Assembly: GCF_020026305.1 (NCBI RefSeq)
Contig: NZ_CP075691.1
Span: 7,347,415-7,371,414, forward strand
Direction of reading: 5' to 3'
DNA from: Streptomyces sp. 135
GTDB lineage: Bacteria > Actinomycetota > Actinomycetes > Streptomycetales > Streptomycetaceae
DNA: 24,000 bases
The notes under the pieces are model-generated. The model made no database searches and was not told the origin of the DNA. It saw nothing but the letters and a program-made list of their open reading frames with translations. A program made the position numbers and the translations under genes. Numbering within the stretch: the stretch's first letter is position 1; every line of letters begins with the position of its first letter. Shown here piece by piece: positions 1-7,298 of this stretch.

Positions 1-68
1 GCCAGACCGAGGACCGTCCGAGGGCCCGGCGTTCCACGACCTCTCGCCGGAAGGAGGAGAAGGAGTGA
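1..68 (+). CDS. 3' end of an ORF running off the left edge, probably the gvpA-type structural gene of the operon
   Basis: Frame 3 is open from base 3 to TGA 66-68 (...SRRKEEKE*) with high GC3. Its stop overlaps the GTG start of the next gene (GTGA at 65-68). The gvpA identity is inferred only from the usual actinomycete gene order; the conserved core lies outside the window. Confidence 0.35.
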   Translation, partial: QTEDRPRARRSTTSRRKEEKE

Positions 69-805
69 CGACCTACGTCTACGGCATCGCCGCCGCATCC
101 CATCCGGGCCTGCCGGACGGCATGGAAGGCATCGGGAAGCCGGCGTGCCCGGTGCGCATCCTCAAGCAGGGTGACCTCGCCGCGATCGTGAGCGACGCCC
201 CCGAGGACCTCAAGCCCAAGCGGCGTGACCTGCTCGCCCACCAGAACGTGCTGTCGGAGGCGGGCGCCGCGGGTTCCGTACTGCCCATGCGCTTCGGCAG
301 CCTCGCGCCGGACGACGAGACCGTCATCAGCGTGCTCGGAGAGCGGGCCGACCACTACGCGGAGCGGCTGCGCACCCTCGACGGCAGGGTCGAGTACAAC
401 GTGAAGGCCTCGCACAACGAACAGGCCGTGCTGCACCAGGTTCTCGCGGAGAACCCGGAGCTGCGCGCCATGGTGGAGGCCAACCGGCGCGAGGGCGGCG
501 GCAGCCACGAGCAGAAGCTGAAGCTCGGCGAGGCGGTCACCTCCGCGGTGCGGGCCCGCGAGGCCAGCGACTCCGTCGAGGTGCGGCGCGCGCTGGAACC
601 GGCGGCCGAAGCGGTCGCCGAGGGCCCTGAGGGCACCGGCTGGCTCGCCAACGTCTCGTTCCTGGTGAGCCGCAAGGCGGCCGACGGCTTCGTCGCCGCG
701 GTGGAGGAACTCAAGTCCACGCAGCCGCACTTGGACCTCAAGGTGCACGGGCCGCTGCCGCCGTACAGCTTCGTCGACCCGGGGCCCGCCGAGCCCGCGG
801 AGTGA
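65..805 (+). CDS. gvpF: Gas vesicle protein, GvpL/GvpF family
   Basis: 246-aa ORF with a GTG start just after GGAGGAGAAGGAG. The N-terminus MTTYVYGI, the DLKPKRRDLLAHQNVL, VLPMRFG and EYNVKA stretches, and the C-terminal GPLPPYSF are the GvpF/L pattern. It is a paralogue of the ORF at 3354..4193. Confidence 0.9.
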   Translation: MTTYVYGIAAASHPGLPDGMEGIGKPACPVRILKQGDLAAIVSDAPEDLKPKRRDLLAHQNVLSEAGAAGSVLPMRFGSLAPDDETVISVLGERADHYAERLRTLDGRVEYNVKASHNEQAVLHQVLAENPELRAMVEANRREGGGSHEQKLKLGEAVTSAVRAREASDSVEVRRALEPAAEAVAEGPEGTGWLANVSFLVSRKAADGFVAAVEELKSTQPHLDLKVHGPLPPYSFVDPGPAEPAE

Positions 806-827
806 CAGCAGTGACGGGAGTGACGGT

Positions 828-1073
828 ATGGGACTGCTCGGAGAACTGCTCCTGCTGCCCCTGGCCCCGGCCCGCGGCTCCCTCTGGGTGCTGAGGCAGG
901 TGGTCGACGAGGCGGAGCGGCAGTACTACGACCCCTCGGCCATCCGTCGTGAACTCGCCCGGCTCGAGGAACTCCTCGAGTCGGGCGAGATCGACGAGGA
1001 CGAGTTCGAGCGGGCCGAGGACGAGCTCCTCGACCGGCTGCAACACAGCACAGGACAGGACTTCAGACAATGA
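828..1073 (+). CDS. gvpG: Gas vesicle protein GvpG
   Basis: 81 aa. A hydrophobic N-terminus (LLGELLLLPLAP..GSLWVL) is followed by an acidic helix (YDPSAIRRELARLEELLESGEIDEDEFERAEDELLDRL), which is the typical GvpG architecture. It sits between gvpF and the Y/Z genes. Confidence 0.85.
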   Translation: MGLLGELLLLPLAPARGSLWVLRQVVDEAERQYYDPSAIRRELARLEELLESGEIDEDEFERAEDELLDRLQHSTGQDFRQ

Positions 1074-1840
1074 ACCGAATGGCAATGGGCCTGGCCGTGG
1101 GCGCGGGATATGTCCTCGGCCGCACGAAGAAGGCGAAGTTCGCGTTCGCCGTGGGCACGATGGTCGCCGGCAAGAAGCTGAACCTGAGCCCAAAGGCGCT
1201 GGGGTCGCTGGTGACCCAACAGCTGGAGAACAACCCGCAGTTCAAGGAGATCGGCGACCAGCTCCGGCAGGATCTGCGGGGCGTGGGCAAGGCGGCCACC
1301 GGCTCCCTCCTCAACCGGCAGCTGGAAGGCCTCGCCGACCGGCTGCACGACCGCACCCTCGACGTCCAGGACCGCATCTCCGGTGTGGTGCCGGATGGCG
1401 TCAAGGGCGCGACGAGGGATGAGGACGAGGACGACGAGGCGGACGGCGAAGCCGACGCCGAAACAGACCCTGACTTGGACGAGGACAGGGACGAGGATCA
1501 GAGCGAGAGCAGGGACGAGGACCGGGGCGAGGACGCGGACGGCGACCCGGACGGCGACCCGGACGGCGAGACGGACAAGAAGCCGTCCGCCCGGAAGCCG
1601 GCGTCACGCGCCGCGCGCGGAACCGCCGCGAAGAAGACGGCCGCGAAGAAGGCCCCGGCGAAGAAGACCGCCCAGCAGACCGCCCGGAAGTCCACCCGGG
1701 AGACGGGCCGCAAGACGGCCCAGAAGCCCGCGCGCAAGACCGCCTCGAAGACCGCCCAGAACGCGAAGACCGCCCAGAAGAAGACCGCGTCGGCGGCCCG
1801 CACGGGCGGCAGGGCGAAGGGAGGCCGCGACCATGGCTGA
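1070..1840 (+). CDS. gvpY: Actinomycete-specific gas-vesicle cluster protein in the GvpY position, function unknown
   Basis: The ATG overlaps the gvpG stop (ATGA 1070-1073). 256 aa: a Gly/Ala-rich hydrophobic N-terminus, a helical middle, an Asp/Glu block (about 1415-1575), then a Lys/Ala/Thr-rich tail AAKKTAAKKAPAKKTAQQTARK... (about 1575-1837). The symbol is assigned from position in the Streptomyces order gvpO-A-F-G-Y-Z-J-L-S-K, recalled from the literature. Confidence 0.7.
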   Translation: MNRMAMGLAVGAGYVLGRTKKAKFAFAVGTMVAGKKLNLSPKALGSLVTQQLENNPQFKEIGDQLRQDLRGVGKAATGSLLNRQLEGLADRLHDRTLDVQDRISGVVPDGVKGATRDEDEDDEADGEADAETDPDLDEDRDEDQSESRDEDRGEDADGDPDGDPDGETDKKPSARKPASRAARGTAAKKTAAKKAPAKKTAQQTARKSTRETGRKTAQKPARKTASKTAQNAKTAQKKTASAARTGGRAKGGRDHG

Positions 1841-3017
1841 GTCACCCCTGAAGGACATCGCGCGCAGCCCCGCCGCCGACCGCCTGAAGGAGGAGGCACA
1901 GGCCTACCTCATGGCCCAGGTCGAGCGCATGCTCGTCGGCGTGGGCCACCGGCTCGGCGACGCCACCGTCAAGCTGAACGACATCGCGGACGGCAAGAGC
2001 CCCGGCTTCGGCAAGCTCGCACTCAACGCGGGCAAGAAGGTCGCCGAGGGCAAGGGACCGGTGCGCGGCGCGCTCGAACTGGGCGGCAGCCACCTCAAGG
2101 ACAAGGTCACCGACGCCGTCAAGGGCCTCGGCGGCGGCAAGCGCAAGAAGGGCGGCGCGGGCCAGAAGCCCACGGTCATCCTGGAACACGTCGACGTGGG
2201 CGTCCCGGTCCGCGAGGCGTACGACCAGTGGACCCAGTACCAGGAGTTCTCCACCTTCGCCAAGGGCGTCAAGAGCGCCACCGTGGCGAGCGACACGGAC
2301 TCCGACTGGAAGGTGAAGGTCTTCTGGTCCAGCCGCAGTTGGAAGGCGCACACCACCGAACAGGTGCCGGACCAGCGGATCACCTGGACGTCGGAGGGCG
2401 CCAAGGGGACCACGAAGGGCGTCGTGACCTTCCACGCGCTCGCGGAGAACCTCACCCGGGTGCTGCTGGTCATCGAGTACTACCCGAAGGGTCTCTTCGA
2501 GAAGACCGGCAACATCTGGCGCGCCCAGGGCCGCAGGGCACGCCTGGACCTCAAGCACTTCGCCCGGCACATCTCGCTGCGCGGCGAGGCGAGCGACGGC
2601 TGGCGCGGCGAGATCCGCGACGGTGAGGTCGTCCGCAGCCACGAGGACGCCGTGGCCGAGGAGGAGTCCGAAGCGCCCGAGGAGTCCATGGAGCCCGAGG
2701 ACCGGGACGAGCGCGACGCCGAGGCGGACGCGGACGCCGAGTACGAGGAAGAGGACGGCGAGCCGGAAGAGGAGTTCGAGGACGAGCCGGAGGGCGAATA
2801 CGACGATGAGGCCGAGGCCGAGGCGGACGAGGAGGCCGAGGGCGAGTACGACGACGACATCGAGGACGAGGACGCCGACGAGGCCGACGAGCGCGAGACA
2901 GACGCCGAAGCCGAGGCCGACGCCGACGAGTATGAGGACGAAGTCGACGCCGACGCCGACGAGGACAAGCATCGCGAGTACGCCGATTCGGCCGGTGCCG
3001 GACGGGGGCGTCGATGA
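1833..3017 (+). CDS. gvpZ: Gas-vesicle cluster protein in the GvpZ position: SRPBCC (cyclase/dehydrase-like) domain plus polyacidic C-terminal tail
   Basis: ATG 1833 (MAESPLKDIARS...) overlaps the gvpY stop by 8 nt. The track ORF starts at 1383, but its first 150 codons are an Arg/Pro-rich off-frame reading of gvpY. The core (VILEHVDVGVPVREAYDQWTQYQEFSTFAKGV...WKVKVFW...ITWTSEGAKG...LLVIEYYPKG) looks like the SRPBCC/polyketide-cyclase fold. The last ~110 aa are almost pure Asp/Glu/Ala. Confidence 0.75.
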   Translation: MAESPLKDIARSPAADRLKEEAQAYLMAQVERMLVGVGHRLGDATVKLNDIADGKSPGFGKLALNAGKKVAEGKGPVRGALELGGSHLKDKVTDAVKGLGGGKRKKGGAGQKPTVILEHVDVGVPVREAYDQWTQYQEFSTFAKGVKSATVASDTDSDWKVKVFWSSRSWKAHTTEQVPDQRITWTSEGAKGTTKGVVTFHALAENLTRVLLVIEYYPKGLFEKTGNIWRAQGRRARLDLKHFARHISLRGEASDGWRGEIRDGEVVRSHEDAVAEEESEAPEESMEPEDRDERDAEADADAEYEEEDGEPEEEFEDEPEGEYDDEAEAEADEEAEGEYDDDIEDEDADEADERETDAEAEADADEYEDEVDADADEDKHREYADSAGAGRGRR

Positions 3018-3370
3018 CTTCGTCCGCAGGGGGACTGCCCGGTCCCTACGGCGGCGGTGGCAGCGGGGCCAACCTCGCCGACATCCTCGAACGCGTCCTG
3101 GACAAGGGCGTGGTCATCGCCGGCGACATCAAGATCAACTTGCTCGACATCGAACTGCTCACCATCAAGCTGCGCCTCATCGTCGCCTCGGTCGACAAGG
3201 CCAAGGAGATGGGCATCGACTGGTGGGAGCAGGACCCGGCGCTGTCGTCCGGCGCGCGCCACAAGGAGCTCTCCCAGGAGAACGCCGAGCTGAGGCGGCG
3301 GCTGGAGGAACTGGAGTCCCAGGCAGCCCTGGCCCCCGCCGAGAAGGAGTCACGTGAGCCTCGCGAGTGA
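3014..3370 (+). CDS. gvpJ: Gas vesicle structural protein, GvpA/J family
   Basis: The ATG overlaps the gvpZ stop (ATGA 3014-3017). The core LADILERVLDKGVVIAGDIKINLLDIELLTIKLRLIVASVDKAKEMGIDWW is the canonical GvpA/GvpJ hydrophobic core. Confidence 0.9.
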   Translation: MTSSAGGLPGPYGGGGSGANLADILERVLDKGVVIAGDIKINLLDIELLTIKLRLIVASVDKAKEMGIDWWEQDPALSSGARHKELSQENAELRRRLEELESQAALAPAEKESREPRE

Positions 3371-4193
3371 GGAACTGCGCTACGTCTACGCGGTATGCCG
3401 CCCGCTGGACGCGCCGCTCGCCGCCGACCTGACCGGGGTCGGCGGCGAGCCGCCCCGCCAGCTCGCCCATGAGGGCCTCGTCGCCGTCGTGGGCCCGGTG
3501 CCGGAGCGGGACTTCGCGGAGGAGCCGCTGCGCAGGCACCTGGAAGACCTGGACTGGCTCGCCGACACGGCCCGCGCCCACCAGCGGGTGATCGCGGCGC
3601 TCACCAGCGTCACCTGCCCGCTGCCGCTGCGGCTCGCGACCGTCTTCCGGGACGACAGCGGCGTACGCACCATGCTCCAGGAGGGCGCGGACCGTTTCCG
3701 GCGTGTGCTGGAGCGGATCGACGGATGCGTGGAGTGGGGTGTCAAGGTCCACCTGGAGAGTGAGGATTCGTCGCGCGAGCGGTCCGCCGGGACGTCGGCT
3801 CCGGCGCCGGACAAGCCGCGGACGGGCCGCGACTACCTGCGTCAGCGGCGCAGCCGCCAGACGGCCCAGGAGGAGGGCCGGCAGCGGGCCGAGGCCTTCG
3901 CCCAGAGTCTGCACGAGAAGCTGGCGCGGCGGGCCGACGACGCCCGGCTGCACGCCCCGCAGAACTCGGCGCTCTCCAAGGCGCCGGGGCAGAACATCCT
4001 CAACGCCGCCTATCTGGTGCCCCGCGTGCACTCCGAGGAATTCGTCGAGCTCGTGGACGGGACGAAGGACGAGGAGCGGGAGTCGTCGGGCCTGCGGGTG
4101 GAGCTGACGGGACCCTGGGCGGCCTACTCCTTCACCACCGATGACCCGACCGCCGAAGAGCCCGCCGCCGGGGGAACGGAGCGCTCGCGATGA
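3354..4193 (+). CDS. gvpL: Gas vesicle protein, GvpL/GvpF family
   Basis: The GTG start overlaps the gvpJ 3' end by 17 nt. It has LRYVYAV at the N-terminus, PLPLRLATVF, VEWGVKVH, and C-terminal LTGPWAAYSF, making it a paralogue of the ORF at 65..805. Confidence 0.9.
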   Translation: MSLASEELRYVYAVCRPLDAPLAADLTGVGGEPPRQLAHEGLVAVVGPVPERDFAEEPLRRHLEDLDWLADTARAHQRVIAALTSVTCPLPLRLATVFRDDSGVRTMLQEGADRFRRVLERIDGCVEWGVKVHLESEDSSRERSAGTSAPAPDKPRTGRDYLRQRRSRQTAQEEGRQRAEAFAQSLHEKLARRADDARLHAPQNSALSKAPGQNILNAAYLVPRVHSEEFVELVDGTKDEERESSGLRVELTGPWAAYSFTTDDPTAEEPAAGGTERSR

Positions 4194-4378
4194 CGGTCGT
4201 CGAGCACCGGGAGATAGCCCTGGTCGACCTGCTCGACCGCCTCCTCGCGGGCGGGGTCGTCATCACGGGTGACATCACGCTGCGGATCGCGGACGTGGAC
4301 CTCGTACGCATCGACCTGAACGCCCTGATCAGCTCCGTGAACGAGCAAGTGCCCTCACCGTGGCCGGAATTGGAGTGA
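4190..4378 (+). CDS. gvpS: Small gas vesicle protein, GvpA/J/M/S family
   Basis: The ATG overlaps the gvpL stop (ATGA 4190-4193). 62 aa, with LVDLLDRLLAGGVVITGDITLRIADVDLVRIDLNALISSV, a GvpA-like core. Confidence 0.85.
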   Translation: MTVVEHREIALVDLLDRLLAGGVVITGDITLRIADVDLVRIDLNALISSVNEQVPSPWPELE

Positions 4379-4381
4379 CCC

Positions 4382-4738
4382 ATGGAGTCCACTGAGCCCG
4401 GGCCCGAGCCCAGTGACCTCGCGGACGAGCCTACGCACGCGGAAACGGAAACGGGCCGCGGCAACCGCACCCGCATGGACCTCGACCCGGACACGGTGGA
4501 GCGGGACCTGGTGAAGCTGGTCCTGACCATCATCGAGCTCCTGCGGCAGCTCATGGAGCGCCAGGCCGTGCGCCGCTTCGACACCGGTGACCTGACCGAG
4601 GACCAGGAGGAGCGCATCGGGTTGACCCTGATGCTCCTGGAGGACCGGATGGCGGAGCTGCGGGACCGGTACGGGCTGCGGGCCGAGGACCTGAATCTGG
4701 ACCTCGGCCCGCTGGGCCCCCTGCTGCCCCGGGACTGA
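4382..4738 (+). CDS. gvpK: Gas vesicle protein GvpK
   Basis: Starts 3 nt after the gvpS stop. LDPDTVERDLVKLVLTIIELLRQLMERQAVRRFDTGDLTEDQEERIGLTLMLLEDRMAELRDRYGL matches the GvpK pattern. Confidence 0.9.
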   Translation: MESTEPGPEPSDLADEPTHAETETGRGNRTRMDLDPDTVERDLVKLVLTIIELLRQLMERQAVRRFDTGDLTEDQEERIGLTLMLLEDRMAELRDRYGLRAEDLNLDLGPLGPLLPRD

Positions 4739-4795
4739 CCGCCGTCCCGCCCAGTACCCCGCCGCATCCCGGGTCCTACGTCCAGCGTCCGCTAG

Positions 4796-5453
4796 GCAGT
4801 GTCTTCAAATGATCATCGCTGGTGGATCATGGTGTCGTGATGCGTCGCCATGAACTGTCCGATGCCGAGTGGGAGTTCGTCCGGCCTCTGCTGCCCGTGT
4901 CGTTGCGGGGGCGGAAGCGGCTGGACGACCGGAGGGTCCTGAACGGGATCGTGTGGAAGTTCCGGACCGGGACGGCCTGGCGGGATGTGCCCGAGCGTTA
5001 CGGTCCGTGGGCCACGCCGCATACGCGTTTTCGCAGGTGGGCGGCGGACGGGACGTTCGAGAGGATGCTGCGGGCCGCGCAGGCGAAGGCGGACGCGGCG
5101 GGCGACATCGAGTGGCTGGTGTCCGTCGACTCCACGGTCGTCCGGGCCCACCAGCACGCGGCGGGAGCCCGAAAAGGGGGCTCCGCAACCCGGCCCTCGG
5201 CCGGTCCAGAGGCGGTCAGACCAGCAAGATTCACCTGGCCTGTGACGGCAGGGGCCGTCCGCTCGCCTTCGTCGTGACGGGCGGCAACACCAACGACTGC
5301 ACCCGGTTCACCGCCGTGATGGAAGCGATCCGGGTGCCCCGCCTCAAGCAAGGCGCGGCATCGCCACCCGCTACGACAAGACCGCCCGGTCCTACGAAGC
5401 CGCCGTCACCCTCGTATCACTCCTGATGTGGGCGTGACATTGGACGACAGAAC
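4796..5453 (+). mobile_element. Internally deleted IS5-family (IS427-like group) insertion sequence remnant
   Basis: CTAG occurs on both flanks (4792-4795 and 5454-5457). Imperfect terminal inverted repeats are GCAGTGTCTTCAAATG (left) against GTTCTGTCGTCCAATG (reverse complement of the right end), 11 of 16 matching. The element carries a broken DDE transposase gene and is about 660 bp, shorter than intact relatives. Confidence 0.75.
4840..5437 (+). pseudogene. IS5-family DDE transposase, frameshifted and lacking the catalytic middle
   Basis: The N-terminal part is in frame 1 (MRRHELSDAEWEFVRPLLP...WKFRTGTAWRDVPERYGPWAT...SVDSTVVRAHQHAAGARKGG). The middle is in frame 0 (ALGRSRGGQTSKIHLACDGRGRPLAFVVTGGNTNDCTRF...AIRVPR). 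The read then jumps directly to the C-terminal LKQ-(W)RGIATRYDKTARSYEAAVTLVSLLMWA* in the third frame. The ...ADKAYSS...NRVERCFN segment that normally lies between RVPR and LKQW is absent. Confidence 0.8.
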
Positions 5454-6353
5454 CTAGACGGGCTCGGTGCACATGACGTAGAGGTCGATGTTGGAGCTCT
5501 CCAGGTTGTCGCTGCCCTGGGCCCACCAGCCGTCGCGTGAGCCGGTCTCGGCCGCCTTGGCGGGGCGGCTGGAGATGAGGCTGGCGATAGGCCCGTTGGC
5601 CGAGGCGCCTCCACCGGCGACGACGGTCCCGGCGGGGCATTTGAGCAGGCCGCCGTAGGGGCTTTCGGAGGCGGTGTTGAAGCGGGTGACGGTCAGGGCG
5701 TAGACGGGGTCGGTGCAGACCGCGTGGACCACGGCGGTGGTCGTATCCCATCCGGCGGTGCCGAGTGCCCACTGGGTGGGCTGGGCGGTGCCGCTGACCG
5801 GGGTGGGATACGACTTGCTCAGCCAGGAGCCAGACCCGATGGCCTCACCTCCTCCACCCAGGGCGACCTTCCCTGCCGGACACGACAATGTGGTCAGCTT
5901 GTCGTTGGGTGCAGGCATGGGGGCGCTCTGAACGATCTGGTATCCGCTGGGCGGGTAGGCGCAGACGGCATAGGTCGTCAGGGTCATGTCGGGGGAAACG
6001 GTCTTGTAGGCGGACGCCCTCCAGCCGGTGGGCTGGCCGCCCTCGATCAGCGGGGCGCTGCTGACGAGCTGGATGTCGTGGCCCCAGGGGGTGTAACCGA
6101 AACCGGCTTCGGCGCCTCCGCCGATCGGGACCTTGCGCTGCGGGCAGCGAACGCTCTGCGTCTGCAGGTCGCTGACCCCGCCGCCCTGTTTGACGATCTC
6201 GACGCCGTAGATACGCGATGCCGCGGCGGTGGCTCCGTCCGCGGGTGCCGCCGCTTGCGAGACCGACGCCCCCGGGCCGGCCGAAGCCATCAGCGTGCCG
6301 GCCACCACCCCCAGGGCGGCCGCAACGACCCGGGCCCTCTTCAGAATGCGCAT
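5454..6353 (-). CDS. Secreted protein of unknown function with three tandem ~85-aa repeats, each holding a Cys pair
   Basis: GAGAGAGG lies upstream of the ATG. A signal peptide is present (MRILKRARVVAAALGVVAGTLMASAGPGASVSQA-AAP). Three repeats carry C-P-x-(G/R)-x-V-x-x-G-G-G and a closing (A/V)-(V/M)-C, with Cys at residues 70/131, 158/213 and 239/295. Confidence 0.8.
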   Translation of the reverse strand: MRILKRARVVAAALGVVAGTLMASAGPGASVSQAAAPADGATAAASRIYGVEIVKQGGGVSDLQTQSVRCPQRKVPIGGGAEAGFGYTPWGHDIQLVSSAPLIEGGQPTGWRASAYKTVSPDMTLTTYAVCAYPPSGYQIVQSAPMPAPNDKLTTLSCPAGKVALGGGGEAIGSGSWLSKSYPTPVSGTAQPTQWALGTAGWDTTTAVVHAVCTDPVYALTVTRFNTASESPYGGLLKCPAGTVVAGGGASANGPIASLISSRPAKAAETGSRDGWWAQGSDNLESSNIDLYVMCTEPV

Positions 6354-6863
6354 GAGACCTCTCTCGACGAGCCTACGGAGATAACGTTCAGTGATTGTGA
6401 CATTGCTTAACGTGGCTTGATTTCGCGCTGGTGGTACTTCCGCCGGCTCGGGGCGAGGGCCGCCGGCGGCATCACCCCGGAAGACCCTCTCCCGGCGCCC
6501 AGCCCCTTCTGGTGGCCTGCCGCTAGAAGAGAAGAGATCATCCGATCAGGTGGGCACGTTTCCGCCACTGAGCAGGATGCGTCCCGGACCGCGGTGGGGG
6601 GCCTCCATCCGGCAGACCGGCGGCAGCGCCGGAGGTCGGGGCGGAGTCGTCGACGGCCAGTCACTATCGGCACGGTCACGAAGGGCGCCGGGCACCTCCC
6701 CTCCGACCTGGTGGGGCGGCTCCTGCTCCTGGAGGAGGACTGGGTGGCCTGTCGTACCGGTGGCGACGCCTGCCTCGGCGCGGTCACGTTGCACCAGCAC
6801 CTGGACAGGGCGGGCGTCGGCCGTGCCGCCGACGGTTTCGGAGGCGCGTGATAGTTCTACCGC

Positions 6864-7298
6864 ATGGCCGCATTCAAGGACTTCAACTTCAAGCTCGTCG
6901 TGATCGACGCGCTCATGTACCGGCGAGACCTCCTCACGCCCGCCTTCGATCTCGATACCCGCATGCGGGAGCGGGGCATCGACATACCCGCCGTGTACGT
7001 ACTGGAGAACGACGTCGACGACAAGGTCCTCGACGAGTCGCGCACCTTCTTCGAGGAACTGGAGATCGGCGACAAGCTCCTGGCCGAGGTCGAGACGCTC
7101 TGCTTCGACGCCGGCCACGAGATCTACCGGCACTGCGCCCCGGCCTGGGGCGGCGAGGACGACCTCTTCGACATCCACTCCCTCGACGACCTCGCGCTGC
7201 TGCCGAACCTGAAGCGCGTCACCGCCGTGGACGACGGCACCCTGGTCGCACCGGGCAAGCGGGAGACCTTCGCGACCCGCGGCATCGAGGCGAGCTGA
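6864..7298 (+). CDS. Acidic hypothetical protein (144 aa), family not confidently recognised
   Basis: Clean GC3-biased ORF with balanced composition (MAAFKDFNFKLVVIDALMYRRDLLTPAFDLD...DDLFDIHSLDDLALLPNLKRVTAV). The C-terminal L..L..LPNLK is reminiscent of a leucine-rich repeat unit. I have a vague memory of a Streptomyces DUF with this FKDFNFKL start but cannot verify it. Confidence 0.75.
   Translation: MAAFKDFNFKLVVIDALMYRRDLLTPAFDLDTRMRERGIDIPAVYVLENDVDDKVLDESRTFFEELEIGDKLLAEVETLCFDAGHEIYRHCAPAWGGEDDLFDIHSLDDLALLPNLKRVTAVDDGTLVAPGKRETFATRGIEAS

Noticed and set aside
1383-1832. The 150-codon N-terminal extension of the 544-aa track ORF 1383..3017
   Set aside because: It is an Arg/Pro/Thr-rich alternative-frame reading of the gvpY gene. 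The sensible protein starts at ATG 1833 (MAESPLKD...), which also gives the short overlap typical of the rest of the operon.
2650-2975. Repetitive GAC/GAG/GCC-rich stretch that at first glance looks like a tandem repeat array
   Set aside because: It is in-frame Asp/Glu/Ala codon repetition encoding the acidic tail of the GvpZ-position protein. There is no fixed-length unit and no spacer-repeat organisation.
79-4767. Numerous minus-strand ORFs across the gvp operon (for example 355..741, 738..1193, 1842..2972, 2480..3262, 3177..4031, 4132..4767)
   Set aside because: They have Arg/Ser/Pro/Ala-rich low-complexity translations with no family resemblance. They are shadow ORFs expected opposite real genes in GC3-biased DNA.
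5170-5180. CGAAAAGGGGG as a programmed -1 frameshift site in the IS transposase
   Set aside because: The frame change occurs near here and its direction fits -1 slippage. However, the heptamer is not a canonical X-XXY-YYZ slippery site, and the element carries other clear lesions. I cannot distinguish programmed slippage from a mutation.
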